Below are positions 36,899-47,487 of a DNA stretch of 64,000 nucleotides, one piece after another. The notes under the pieces are model-generated. The model searched no databases and was not told where the DNA came from. It saw only the letters and a list, made by a program, of their open reading frames with translations. Where the stretch lies: the NCBI GenBank assembly GCA_001643675.2, contig LSRY02000027.1:806001-870000 (forward strand), in the 5' to 3' direction. Within the stretch, counting starts at the first letter, position 1. The number at the start of each line of letters is the position of its first letter. This DNA comes from Monocercomonoides exilis PA203 (taxonomy: Eukaryota; Protista; Preaxostyla). The position numbers were made by a program, and so were the translations under genes.

Positions 36899-39800
36899 TT
36901 ATCTGTGATGTTTTTGCACACCCCATCGTTCTCTGTTTGCTACAAAGTATGCATGCTCCAAAAATTCTTTGAGAAGTTCAGAAGGTGAAGATGATGGAGC
37001 ATGCTTCGACCGTTGAGGTACATTCAGTAATACGTCTTGATGAACACGCCTATGAGAAGGAGAATTCTGATTCTGTAATGGTAGATTGGATGATTGCAAA
37101 TTGTAAAAGTTAAATGATGAATGATGTGGAAGAGGCTCATTCAGTATCTGTGGCGAAGCCATAGAAAATGGATTCTGAGGGATGAAATATTCTGAATGAG
37201 TTGCGCCAGTCATACCTTCAGAAAGATACTGCTGTGGTGGCAATGGCATTCTTCTCGATAGATTAGATTTCTCAAATTCTGAAGTATGAGTGGGAATCAA
37301 GCTGCTAATCAAATGCGACAAAAATTCGCCTTTTCTTTCAAAATCTTCCACATCACCTCTACAAAGATCTTCGGAGCCCACATCTCCAATAAGCTTTTCT
37401 TCCAGAAATTGACCTCTGCCCCACTCCCACGGGTCTCCAGTTTCTGGATATAACATGAACGAGCGAATGAGATTCATTTGATTTGTGCAATGATTTGATT
37501 CATGTGCTGAAAATGTTTGAAATAGTGAGTCGCACAATTCTTCCCACCCAAATGATTCCTCATTCCGATGCTTTCGTTCATCGCTGCTTGGAATATAAGA
37601 ATAAGTTCGATGAGCAGAACCTATGTGTGCCCTTCCATCTTGCTCAAATTGTTTAAGCACTGTCGCATTTTCCAATCCTAAACTTTCTTTGCCTTCGCTT
37701 CCTGTTGAAGAGATTGTTTCATTTAAATTCGTAAGACTCAAAGTTTTCCTGAGCCATCTCTGTCTCCCCACAACGCAAACATAAAACAACCAAAGTGCCA
37801 GTGCGCCCCACGCATCAATTGCCGAAGAGTGCTCTGCAGTCTGCATTGTCCATCCACACACACACAAGCACAACACTTTCAGTGAAAGAAACCTGCGAAA
37901 TGGAAGTCTCAGGAGTATAACTGTATCTGCAGTGCGCGATGGGGCAGGAGAGATTGAGCACTGGTTAACATCTCCGTTCACAGCATGCCCAACAAACACA
38001 CAGCCACGCCACACAAGAAACTGAAGAAACGTGACAACTTCAGAGCGATGAAGAAGAGGAAGGCGCGATGATGATGGGGGAAGAAGATTCGGCATTGAAG
38101 AAGACTCTTGAGGAAAAGAAGTCATTGCTGATGACCCTGCTGCAAATGAGAAAAACTTTTGATCTGATGAAACGGAATCTGCATGCAAACCAGAAGAAGA
38201 TGGAGCAGAATTTATGTGAGAACGAGAAATACTGATTCCACCTCCAACCTCATTCTTCACTCCAGCTTCCTTTTTTTGCTGCTTTTCATCAATCATTTCT
38301 TTCTGTAGCCCAGAAACAAATGTCAAGTAATCCGTGACATCGTTAATAGTGTGTGTAACAAGAACATCACTGATGACTCGTGCTTTCAAAGGAAGAGGAG
38401 GAGGCTGAAGAGGAGAAAATGAAGAAGAAACGGAATTCACGCTATTTGATGTGAGAGGCACAGATGTTGAAGAAGATGAATAGCTAAACGCAGATGAAGT
38501 GTTGGAAAGATTGCTTGCATAATGCTTTGATGATGCTGAGGTAGGATTCAGAAATGTCACAAGGCTAACTCTGCCCATTGAATGGAAAGAAGACAGAATG
38601 TTGAGTGATGAAGTGAGAGAAGAAGAGGAAGAAACAAGCGATGAATAAGCAGGCGATGCAACAACAGAAATGAAAGGAGAGAAGAAAGCAGCATGAAACG
38701 ATTTAGGAAGTGCAAATGGGCGAGAACAAAGCTTTTTCTGCGCATTAACAGACAATGATGATGGTTCCAATGTGTCTTTAAATGCAAACCCATTCCGTTT
38801 CCTTGGAGTGAACACAATCCAGCCATCTCCAACTTTCTTTTGAGGAAAAAGAGGAACTGTTGGATTTGCTTCCAAATACCTAGAAAGCATTGAAAAAATT
38901 GAATTCTTTGAAAAAATCGATGAATTTTCACTATCATTCTCTTTCATTTCTGTGGAAATTATTTTTGAAGGTGCTTTCTCATTTGAAGTTTTCTTCAAAT
39001 CTGCTGATGTTTGCTCTGTGTGTGCAATCCAATTGAATGGCAATGTGATTCCTAAAGCGTTGCTGTTGAGAATAACACTTTCACAGTCAATCCCAATGAA
39101 ATCCCCTTTTTCAGGCAAAAGCGCCTCCGGTGGCAAAGAATACTTGCCTGCAGAGGGAGATATGAGCTGCTCAGCAAAGAAGAAAGAAAGCTGCCGATCA
39201 GAAGGAAAAGGGGTGTGGGGAAGAAGAGAAAGCATTGAGAACCAAGATGCAGTTGAAGAGGCTGAAGTGCATAGAGAAGAAGATATCGACGAAGATTGTT
39301 CTTCTAACCATCTCCAAGTTAAATGCTTTAGTGATGAAATTGCATTTGACGTTGCTGCTGCTTCTTTTGATGAAGAAGAATTCTTTATTGGAAATTTTGC
39401 ATTTTCTCCTTCTTTTTCAAATTTTCTTCGATTTTCGTTTGATTCTTTTGTGTATTTGTATTTAACTTTTTCAAGTCCTTTATTAACTTCATCTTCTTCT
39501 CTTCTTGACATTTTTGAGATTGCTAACTCTTTCTTCCTTTGATGCACTTTGAATGGATGTTGAGAAATGATCAGAATATTCAGAAGTTGACTGCATACGA
39601 CACGAGCCGTGGTATAAAGAGAATGAATTGACAGGGAAGGAGAAGGGAGCAGCAGAGAACGAGGGATTATTGAAGAAGAAGAAGAAGAAGAAGAAGATGG
39701 ATTAAAAAGCGAATATTTGTGCTGTGTGTAAAGAAGAAGCACTGGAACACGCCATTTTTGTGCTGGAGCTGAAAAATCCAAAGCAGATGAACGAGAAGAA

Positions 39801-42800
39801 GGAGCAATCAATGTCTGGTTCACAACAAACCACTGTGGACTGAAGTGCATAGAAGATGGAGCGAAAGAAGAGGCAGATTCAGATAATGGAAGAGAAGTTG
39901 GATGTGACTTGAATTGCTTTAGAGAGCCCATTTGCAATGGATTTGATGGGATTGATGGAGATGAGTCTGAAGAATTTGCTGGTTGAGAAGAAGAAAAAGC
40001 AGAAGAAATTGAAGAAGAAAAAGAAGATGATGATGATGAAGATGATGTTTTTGAAGGAGAGTCGGGAAATGGAACTAAATCAGGCGAAATGAGAGTGTGA
40101 AGAATGAAGTGCTCTATTCGTGTTGTGTATTCGGGAGTTATTGAATGAAGTGATGTGAGTGAAGGCAAATCAGATTCTGAAGCAGAAGCGGGTGAAGTTG
40201 AAGAAGAAGAAGAAGAAGAAGAAGAGGGAGAAGAGGGAGAAGAGGGAGAAGAGGGAGAAGAGGGAGAAGAAGTTGCAGATGATGATGCAGAAGAAGAATT
40301 GGAATGTGTTGATTCATCAAATGAATCTGCATCTGCTTCAGTTTTGAACCGAACATGAAGCACCTTTTGTTTGTCATCATCGATCATTTCCTCATCTTCT
40401 TTATTCTCTTCCTTCACTTCATTCACTTCTATTGCTTTATTGCTTTCTTCCTTTTTGTTTGTATTGCAAGCATTTCCCTTCGCTTCAATGCAATTTCTGT
40501 CTGTTTTTTCAATGTGACAGGAAGAAGAAGGATTATCATTCATCTCATCGTCGTACTCCACAACGTTAGAGACGATGGCAGTCAAAGAATAAAGAGTGTG
40601 GTCAATGATGAACGAGGGAGGAATAGTTGAAGGATCAAAAGGAATGCAATAGGGATTGTTTGAAGGAGAAGAAGAAGATGAAGAAGAAGAAGAAGGTTGT
40701 GAAGCGATGGAAACAAAGAGAAGAGCAGGCAGAGGAGATGATTGAGGAAACGAAGGGAAAGAAAAAGAAGAAGGAGATGAGGAAGAAGAACAAGAAGAAG
40801 GAGAATGAGAAGAAGAAGAAGAAGAAGAAGATAACTCTTGACATGAATTTTTTACCCTTCCAAATGAAATGTGAGTGCAGAAGAGAGGAAGCTGAGTCGG
40901 TTCGACAGATGGAAAAGAAAGGCGCGACGACCATTGCTCCACAAAGGAAGGGACAAACACATCCAAAAATGAAGGCTTTGGTAAAGGGTCGTTCAAAGAG
41001 GAGCAAGAAGAAGGTAAAAGAGATGGAAATTCGAAGTGATTTTTGTGGTTTTTTATTGAAGAAGAATCAGTTTTTGTTGGCGAATCAGAAGAAGACGTGT
41101 TTGATTTATTCAGAGAATTATCAATTTCTTCATTCATTTTCTTTTTATTTTGTGATTTCTTTCTTTTATTCGAAGATCCACCAACATTCACTGAATGCTT
41201 GCAGACATATGAATTGATGGCTCTTAAGTCTTTGAGAGAGAGGGAGTCCCAATGAAGCTGCTGAAGAATCAACCGCATTGCCAATTGAGTGGCAGTGAGG
41301 AAACAAGGAGATGGATGGAAGGAAGAGGAAAATGAAAGTAAAGGCAATTCATTGTGGTGGAAGTGCTTTTCCGGTTGAAAAGAAGAAGAAGAAGAAGAAG
41401 AAGAAGAAGAAGAAGATGATGATGATGATGAGGTTGAAGTGGAAGAAATAGAAGAATTTGAAACAGAAGAGGAGGAAGAAGAATTTGAAGAATTAGAAGC
41501 AGAACAAGAACAAGAACCAGAACAAGAGCAGTTAATAGCGCAATTCCACATCGCCATCTGCCTCATCTCCACGCTCACTGAGTCAACCTCATCGATTCTG
41601 CTGAGGAGCTGCTGAATGATGCATTCTTTGCGGAGACGCGTGTAAAGGGCACTCAGCTGGAAGAGAGAGAGAGGAAGAGGGTCGCCTTCACACAGAAGCC
41701 TCTTCATGGCAGAATTGTCAGATTTGATCTGGGTTTCTTCTTCTTCTTCTATTGTTTCTTCTCCTTCTCCTTCTCCTTCTCCTTCTTTATCTTTTTCATC
41801 TTTATCCCCTCCTCCTCGTCCTCTTTTTTCTTTCTTTCTCCCATTCAATTTTTCGTTTTTCCGATGATTTTCACTGTTTGCACCGAATTTATTCCCTTTT
41901 TCTGAGTCATTTTGCTTCTCTAATTGAATTTCTGCTGAATTTCTTGCAAGAAACCTGGCCAAATGCTGTTGAACGTTTCTTTCTTCAGCTTCGTCTTCGC
42001 TTTTCTCTTTCGCATATTCTTCCCACTCTTCCATCATTTCTGCTTCAAACATGTCTTTTTCTTCTTCTTTGCTTGCTTCTTCTCTTTCTTCTTTTCCTTC
42101 TTTTCCTTCTTTTCCTTCTTTTCCTTCTTTTCCTTCTTTTCCTTCTTTTCCTTCTTTTCCTTCTTTTCCTTCTTTTCCTTCTTTTCCTTCTTTTTCCTCT
42201 TCCTCTTCAGAAATATTATCTTTTGTTTTCTTTTTCTCTTCTATTTCTTTTTCTTTCTCTATTTCTCTCTCATTCTCCTTCTCCTTCTCTTTCTCCTTCT
42301 CCTTCTCTTTCTCCTTCTTCATTGCTATCAGCCTTTTCATCCTCTGTTTATATCGGATGATGTTTGTCAGCATCATCGTCAGGTCTTTTGTTGACACGAC
42401 TCGTTGTGTTCTCAGCTTTTCCCACAAATCTTCAGAGGAAGAAGAAGAGGAGGAGGAGGATGAAGAAGAAGGAGAGGAAGGAGGTAATGAAGAAAACGAA
42501 GGAGAAGAAGAAGAAATTGATGATGATGATGAACTCGATTTAGAAGGACGAGAAAATGTTTGATTGTTTGAAGCAACTGCAACTTCTGAAGTTTGCTTGT
42601 CAGCCGAAGAAGATTTTGCTGGTTTTGTTTTTTGTTCAGGCGATGAATCAGAAGAATGGTCAGACAAAACAGGAGAAACAGAACTGCTGGTGATTTCAGG
42701 CAAGGGATTGAAAACAGGGTGGAAAGAAGGAGATTGAGAGGAAGAAAGAGAAGAAGAAGAAGAAGAAGATGAAGATGATGATGATGATGATGATGATGAT

Positions 42801-44956
42801 TTTGAAGTCAAACTCAAATTTTTCTTTTTATTCCTCATTTTTTCCATTTGTTTCTTCAAGTTTTCTTCCCACAGCACAACAACATTAGCGAATATCATCC
42901 GGACGATGCAGAAGACGCAAGAGCGGTTGAAGCAGAAGTGAAGAGAAGAAGCAGCACGAAAGACGGGTGAGAAAAAGAGCATCAGAAGAAAAGAATGCAA
43001 AGAAGAGTGAGGGAGTGAGTGGTCGAAGGAAGGGAGAGGCGCTTGGCAGAGGAGAGAGAGAAAGAAAGAATTGGAGGAAGGAGAAGAGGGAAAAGAGGGA
43101 GAAGAGGGAGAAGAAGAAGAAAGAGAAGAAGAAGAAGTGAAAGATGGGAAAGAAGAAGAAGAAGGAAGAGAGGAAGAAAAAGGCTTTTGATGCAAGGGAA
43201 AGTCAGTTTGATGTGATTGTATTGAAGCAGGCTCTTTGAAAGAAGAAGTTTCAATGTTTGAGGAATCGATGGAAGAAGAGGAAGAAGAAGAAGAAGAAGA
43301 TGATGATGATGATGATGAGGTAATTGTTTGTGAAATAACAGTGGAAGAAGAACGGGAAGAAGAAGAAGAAGAAGAAGTTGATGAAGGAATATGAGAAGAG
43401 GAAGAGGAACAAGGAAATGAAGAAGAAGCAGAAGAAGAAGAAGAAGAAGAAGAAGAAGAATTCAAACTTGCCAAAGAAGTTGTTGGAAGAGCTTTGAAAA
43501 GCGGATTTGTGAGGATCAAAGAAGGAAAGCGAAAAGCAGCAAAAAATGGAACAGAAGAAGGAAGAAGAAGAGAATCACAGCAATTTGAAGGAAGATGGGC
43601 TGGATTATGAAGAGAAGAAAGAGAAAGAGAGGAAGAGGAAGAGGAAGAAGATGAAATATTGTGATTTTTCACATTTCCTTCTTCTCTTTCTTTCTCATTT
43701 TCTTCTTTTTTCTCAATTTTATTTTCTTCTTCTTTATCTTCACTTATGTTTTCACATTTTGCATTTTCCATTTTTTCCTTCTTTTCCTTCTTTTCCTTCA
43801 TCTCCTTCATCTCCTTCTTTTCTTTCTTTTCTTCCTCATTTTTCTTATCAGAAGGCAAACGATATCTTCTTTGAATGTCTTCGAATGTTTCTGTTCGAAC
43901 ATTCTGCGACAAAGCAACTCTTTTCTTTAGCATTCGAATGGCAGAGGAGGCAGTTTGAGAAGAAGAAGAAGAAGAAGATGATGATGATGAAATGAAATAT
44001 TCAGAGTTTGAGGGGAGTGAAGAAAAAGAGGAAGAGGAAGAGGAAGAGGAAGAAGAAGGAGGAGGAGGAGAGGAAGAAGAAGAGGAAGAAGATGATGATG
44101 AAGGCAATGTTAACGTAACAGTTGAATCTTTCTGATGTTGAGAAGAAAGAGGAGAATTATCCTCTTTGTCTTTTGCATTTCTTTGGATCAGTTTCGGCCT
44201 TGTGATGATACGTGGAGGAGGAGAATTGGTGGATGTAGCAGAAGGAGAAGAGGAAGAAGATGAAGAAGAAGATGATGATGATTTTATTCGAACAGAAGAA
44301 GAAGCAGAAGCAGAAGAAGAAGAAGAAGAAGAAGAAGAAGAAGACGAAGAATCCAACATCATTTTTTCTCCAGCTCTTCCACGAGCATTCTGTTTGGATG
44401 CATCAGAAGCAGAAGAGACAGAAAGAGTGCCAAACAGCTTTCTATTTGAAGACTTTGCTGCTTCTTTTTCTTTCTCTTCTTCTTCTTCAGACAATTTGAT
44501 TGCATTCAACCTTCCTGTAGCATCTCCCACAAGACATAAAAGACTCTTCTGAGAAGGAAAACGAGAGGATAGTGAAGAAAGCGAAATGCAGCTGATGTCT
44601 GGGAAGGAAGAAGAGGAAGAGGAAGAAGAGGAAGAAAAAGAAGGAGAAGAAGGAGAAGAAGGAGAAGAAGATATAAAAGAATTATGAGTCAGGTTGGGGT
44701 TATTCTTATGTGATGGATTTGATGAATGAAGGGATACTTTTCTGTTGACCGTTTTGGAGGTTTTATGAGCTTGAAGACTTGTGTGTTCATCATTCTCTTC
44801 CTCTTCCTCTTCCTCCTCCTCCTCTTCTTCTTCTTCCTCTTCCTCCTCCTCCTCCTCTTTCTCTTCCTCCTCCTCTGATGGTCTTTCGTGCTTCGCCTTA
44901 TCAGCATAACCTCCTTCACACACATTCAGTGGCTCAAAAGTGCAAAGAGTCTTCAT
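36899..44956 (-). CDS. PAN2: PAN2-like poly(A) deadenylase with large low-complexity insertions (>=2685 aa; further 5' exons likely)
   Basis: C-terminal DEDDh nuclease motifs preceded by a PAN2 UCH-like domain end (YSLTAIVSNV..HFILH..QWFVVNQTLI..ALDF..KWRVPVLLLY). Poly-Ser, poly-Glu and EK tracts throughout. Confidence 0.8.
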   Translation of the reverse strand: MKTLCTFEPLNVCEGGYADKAKHERPSEEEEEKEEEEEEEEEEEEEEEEEEEEENDEHTSLQAHKTSKTVNRKVSLHSSNPSHKNNPNLTHNSFISSSPSSPSSPSFSSSSSSSSSSFPDISCISLSSLSSRFPSQKSLLCLVGDATGRLNAIKLSEEEEEKEKEAAKSSNRKLFGTLSVSSASDASKQNARGRAGEKMMLDSSSSSSSSSSSSSASASSSVRIKSSSSSSSSSSSSPSATSTNSPPPRIITRPKLIQRNAKDKEDNSPLSSQHQKDSTVTLTLPSSSSSSSSSSSPPPPSSSSSSSSSSFSSLPSNSEYFISSSSSSSSSSSQTASSAIRMLKKRVALSQNVRTETFEDIQRRYRLPSDKKNEEEKKEKKEMKEMKEKKEKKEKMENAKCENISEDKEEENKIEKKEENEKEREEGNVKNHNISSSSSSSSSLSLSSLHNPAHLPSNCCDSLLLPSSVPFFAAFRFPSLILTNPLFKALPTTSLASLNSSSSSSSSSSASSSFPCSSSSSHIPSSTSSSSSSSRSSSTVISQTITSSSSSSSSSSSSSSSSIDSSNIETSSFKEPASIQSHQTDFPLHQKPFSSSLPSSSSFPSFTSSSSLSSSSPSSPSFPSSPSSNSFFLSLLCQAPLPSFDHSLPHSSLHSFLLMLFFSPVFRAASSLHFCFNRSCVFCIVRMIFANVVVLWEENLKKQMEKMRNKKKNLSLTSKSSSSSSSSSSSSSSSSSLSSSQSPSFHPVFNPLPEITSSSVSPVLSDHSSDSSPEQKTKPAKSSSADKQTSEVAVASNNQTFSRPSKSSSSSSSISSSSPSFSSLPPSSPSSSSSSSSSSSSEDLWEKLRTQRVVSTKDLTMMLTNIIRYKQRMKRLIAMKKEKEKEKEKEKEKENEREIEKEKEIEEKKKTKDNISEEEEEKEGKEGKEGKEGKEGKEGKEGKEGKEGKEGKEGKEEREEASKEEEKDMFEAEMMEEWEEYAKEKSEDEAEERNVQQHLARFLARNSAEIQLEKQNDSEKGNKFGANSENHRKNEKLNGRKKEKRGRGGGDKDEKDKEGEGEGEGEETIEEEEETQIKSDNSAMKRLLCEGDPLPLSLFQLSALYTRLRKECIIQQLLSRIDEVDSVSVEMRQMAMWNCAINCSCSGSCSCSASNSSNSSSSSSVSNSSISSTSTSSSSSSSSSSSSSSSSSFQPEKHFHHNELPLLSFSSSFHPSPCFLTATQLAMRLILQQLHWDSLSLKDLRAINSYVCKHSVNVGGSSNKRKKSQNKKKMNEEIDNSLNKSNTSSSDSPTKTDSSSIKNHKNHFEFPSLLPSSCSSLNDPLPKPSFLDVFVPSFVEQWSSRLSFPSVEPTQLPLFCTHISFGRVKNSCQELSSSSSSSSHSPSSCSSSSSPSSFSFPSFPQSSPLPALLFVSIASQPSSSSSSSSSPSNNPYCIPFDPSTIPPSFIIDHTLYSLTAIVSNVVEYDDEMNDNPSSSCHIEKTDRNCIEAKGNACNTNKKEESNKAIEVNEVKEENKEDEEMIDDDKQKVLHVRFKTEADADSFDESTHSNSSSASSSATSSPSSPSSPSSPSSPSSSSSSSSSTSPASASESDLPSLTSLHSITPEYTTRIEHFILHTLISPDLVPFPDSPSKTSSSSSSSSFSSSISSAFSSSQPANSSDSSPSIPSNPLQMGSLKQFKSHPTSLPLSESASSFAPSSMHFSPQWFVVNQTLIAPSSRSSALDFSAPAQKWRVPVLLLYTQHKYSLFNPSSSSSSSSSIIPRSLLLPSPSLSIHSLYTTARVVCSQLLNILIISQHPFKVHQRKKELAISKMSRREEDEVNKGLEKVKYKYTKESNENRRKFEKEGENAKFPIKNSSSSKEAAATSNAISSLKHLTWRWLEEQSSSISSSLCTSASSTASWFSMLSLLPHTPFPSDRQLSFFFAEQLISPSAGKYSLPPEALLPEKGDFIGIDCESVILNSNALGITLPFNWIAHTEQTSADLKKTSNEKAPSKIISTEMKENDSENSSIFSKNSIFSMLSRYLEANPTVPLFPQKKVGDGWIVFTPRKRNGFAFKDTLEPSSLSVNAQKKLCSRPFALPKSFHAAFFSPFISVVASPAYSSLVSSSSSLTSSLNILSSFHSMGRVSLVTFLNPTSASSKHYASNLSNTSSAFSYSSSSTSVPLTSNSVNSVSSSFSPLQPPPLPLKARVISDVLVTHTINDVTDYLTFVSGLQKEMIDEKQQKKEAGVKNEVGGGISISRSHINSAPSSSGLHADSVSSDQKFFSFAAGSSAMTSFPQESSSMPNLLPPSSSRLPLLHRSEVVTFLQFLVWRGCVFVGHAVNGDVNQCSISPAPSRTADTVILLRLPFRRFLSLKVLCLCVCGWTMQTAEHSSAIDAWGALALWLFYVCVVGRQRWLRKTLSLTNLNETISSTGSEGKESLGLENATVLKQFEQDGRAHIGSAHRTYSYIPSSDERKHRNEESFGWEELCDSLFQTFSAHESNHCTNQMNLIRSFMLYPETGDPWEWGRGQFLEEKLIGDVGSEDLCRGDVEDFERKGEFLSHLISSLIPTHTSEFEKSNLSRRMPLPPQQYLSEGMTGATHSEYFIPQNPFSMASPQILNEPLPHHSSFNFYNLQSSNLPLQNQNSPSHRRVHQDVLLNVPQRSKHAPSSSPSELLKEFLEHAYFVANRERWGVQKHHR
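40221..40268. repeat. 9-bp tandem repeat (GAAGAGGGA)n, ~5 copies, encoding (SPS)n in PAN2
   Basis: Directly visible. Confidence 0.85.
42089..42191. repeat. 9-bp tandem repeat (TTTTCCTTC)n, ~11 copies, encoding (EGK)n in PAN2
   Basis: Directly visible; protein reads KEGKEGKEG... Confidence 0.9.
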
Positions 44957-47487
44957 CGAAGAGAGAGAAATAACTGAAGCCGAGGCAGCTTTTTGCGAAT
45001 CGAGTGAGGATTTTGTGGGCGGAATTGAAGAGCCAGACGGAGTCGAGGCTATGAGAAGAGAACTGATTTTTTTTGTTTTGTGGGGAAGGGAAGAAGAGGG
45101 GAGTGTTAAAATTCGGAAAATACATGCAAATAATTATGAGTCAAAGAAAAGAATGAGAAATATTTTTGAAAAATAAATGTGTTTTAAAAAAGCAAAATTT
45201 TAAAAATTTAATAGAATGCATAAATAAATAAATAAAATTAAATAATGAAAGAAGAAAATCTTTTTTTCTCCGATCTTTTCAAAATGTTCTAATGAAAATA
45301 AACAAACTCGCAATCGTTTGAGTCGAAAGATACAAAGCTGGCGTTCGGAAACCGGAAGGTTTCGCATATCCATCTTTGGCTGTCTGTGTCTTTGCCAAGC
45401 TGACGCCTGTCAAATAACAGCACTGTATTCGAATTTTGCAAAATTTGTGAATTTGAATCATGTCTATGTGGGGTGAAAAAATCGGAAAAAATTTTTTTAA
45501 TGAAAATAAAATCAATGGTCATTTTTAAAGGACAAACGAGAACTGATATCCACAACATGCGATAAAAGGTTCTTTTAAGTCCAAGTCTGAAATTATCGAT
45601 AATGGAAATTTGTTCGAAAAATGACAAAATTTCTGTGGTTTCAGTTTTTCGCGAGAATCATGAAACATATGAAATCCTTGGAGAAAAATAATGCAAGCAT
45701 TTTCATAATAATGAAAACCTAAGAGGAATTAACTTCCAAAACACACCATCATATGATGAAAATAAAACTTCGTTTCCCATCCATCGACAATATGTGGCGT
45801 CTCTTGAAAATTGAAACTATTTTATAGAAGACTTATAAGTTATATTAATGAATATTTTTCAAAAGTTAAACCGACTGGATTACGCATTCAGTTGTCAAAT
45901 CAATATTAAATGCTTTATTGTTTTGCGCAGACAAGATAACAATTGGGCTTTCATTTTTTGAATATGAAGTTTGCGAAGGAGCGCACATATCAAAAAAGCA
46001 AGTACATCCAAGCGATTTCGCAAGAATACTTTCTTTTTGTTGTCCATAATGAGTTGTGAAGCAAAATTCATGATCGGACAGAGACGCAATTCCACATTTT
46101 GTTGATGAGATAGCACGAACCGAATCAAAATGAAGGAATAAGTCGAATGTAATTTTTCTGTCAAATGGCGAATATCTGGAAACATTGCCCTGAAAGTATT
46201 AAAATGAAAAATAATTTTTGTTCGAAATAAACTAAAATGCAAACATCATCTCTTCCAAGATAAATGAAATTATCAATGTTTCCTCGTTGTATGCATGAAA
46301 TTGGAGACCTGTTAGCACACGAAGATATTAAACTTTCATGCATACAAAATTTTCAGATTTTTTATTATGCAAATCGATAAATTTTTTCATAAAAAAAATG
46401 AAGATTAAAAAAGCGTTTTTTCGAATTAAGGTGAATGTTAAAGCAAATAACAAATTTGCCATTATTATTATTAATAAATATTCTAAAATGATTTTTTCGT
46501 TTTGAACCAGAAAAAAGTCAAAAAAAAAAAATAGAAAAGGAAGTTCAATAACAAGTGATTTATTGCCTGTACGAAGGGGATTAAGCAATACATTTCATGA
46601 GAAGATAATTTTCATCTATTAAACCTCAATTGTCCGCCGGCTGATGACGACTTTTGTGTTGAATAAATATACAGAAATCGATCTTGAAATAGTGGTGAAG
46701 TTCATTTGAAGATTTCTGAAAAATGACAATTATTGCTGAGTGCTTACGAAATGGAAGTTTATGTTTTCCTGAAAAAAGAAAGAATGGAAATAGATTGCGC
46801 ATTTCTGATGTTGAGCATACACGCAATTGTTGAAAACAAATTAAATTTATATCGGAAATTGCTATTTGCAAAGAAAAGAAATGATTTTTTGCATGAGTTC
46901 AGAATGAATGAAACAGAAAAGATTTCCCATTGAAGAAATATACAAATAAATTGGAGGAGGTTTCAAATGCAAATGTTTGAAAATATTATCGCAATTAAAT
47001 GCAAGATATTCAAGATAAAATATGGCAAAAGAACTTATATTGTTCTTGGTCAATTGTCTGTACTGTATCATCTATTAATGAATGAACGGATATAAGAAAT
47101 TCACTTTAATGCAATATCAACAAACTCAGTATCTCATCAGAGATATCACGAGCAGAAATAACATAAATAATGTTTTTTTCAACGAAAGTAAAATACTTAT
47201 TCCAACAATGCGATTGTCAAATTTTCGAAAGGAGAAATTGAAAAAGCAGAAAGTTTAAAAGCAAATTCAGAATTCTGTAAATTCATTCATTTTCATAAGA
47301 CACAAGAGGTTGCATAAGTGGAAAGCGCAAAAATGAACTAACGAATTTTCAATACATCTTAAAAGTCAAAAGTTGGACGTTTTTATCTCCCCAATGACAG
47401 AGAAAGAGGAAATCTTTAATTCTCTTGAAGATATTTTGGTACTAACAAATAGACATTGATAAGTTGATATAGCAAATGTTTTCAAGA

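Larger units (their letters stand above)
1..39505. repeat. Giant inverted repeat (palindrome): left arm 1-18450, spacer 18451-18544, right arm 18545-39505; extends beyond the left window edge
   Basis: Mirror-image ORF pairs (4319..+/32683..-, 118..2607+/36899..-, and dozens of small antisense ORFs duplicated in opposite orientation). TGCTCAAATT ends at 18450 and its reverse complement AATTTGAGCA starts at 18545. Position 1 mirrors 39505. Confidence 0.97.

Noticed and set aside
1-39505. Palindrome as a pure fold-back read or assembly artefact
   Set aside because: The arms differ by structured substitutions, a divergent cassette and a mechanistically explicable 2.5-kb deletion; read-level confirmation is still desirable
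40138-44973. Poly-Lys/Phe/Leu ORFs overlapping PAN2
   Set aside because: Alternative frames of GAA/TCT microsatellite-like coding tracts
45279-47071. Upstream PAN2 WD40 exons (e.g. VLLFDRRQL in 45289..45627)
   Set aside because: Plausible, but I could not build a consistent spliced model by eye, so it is not annotated
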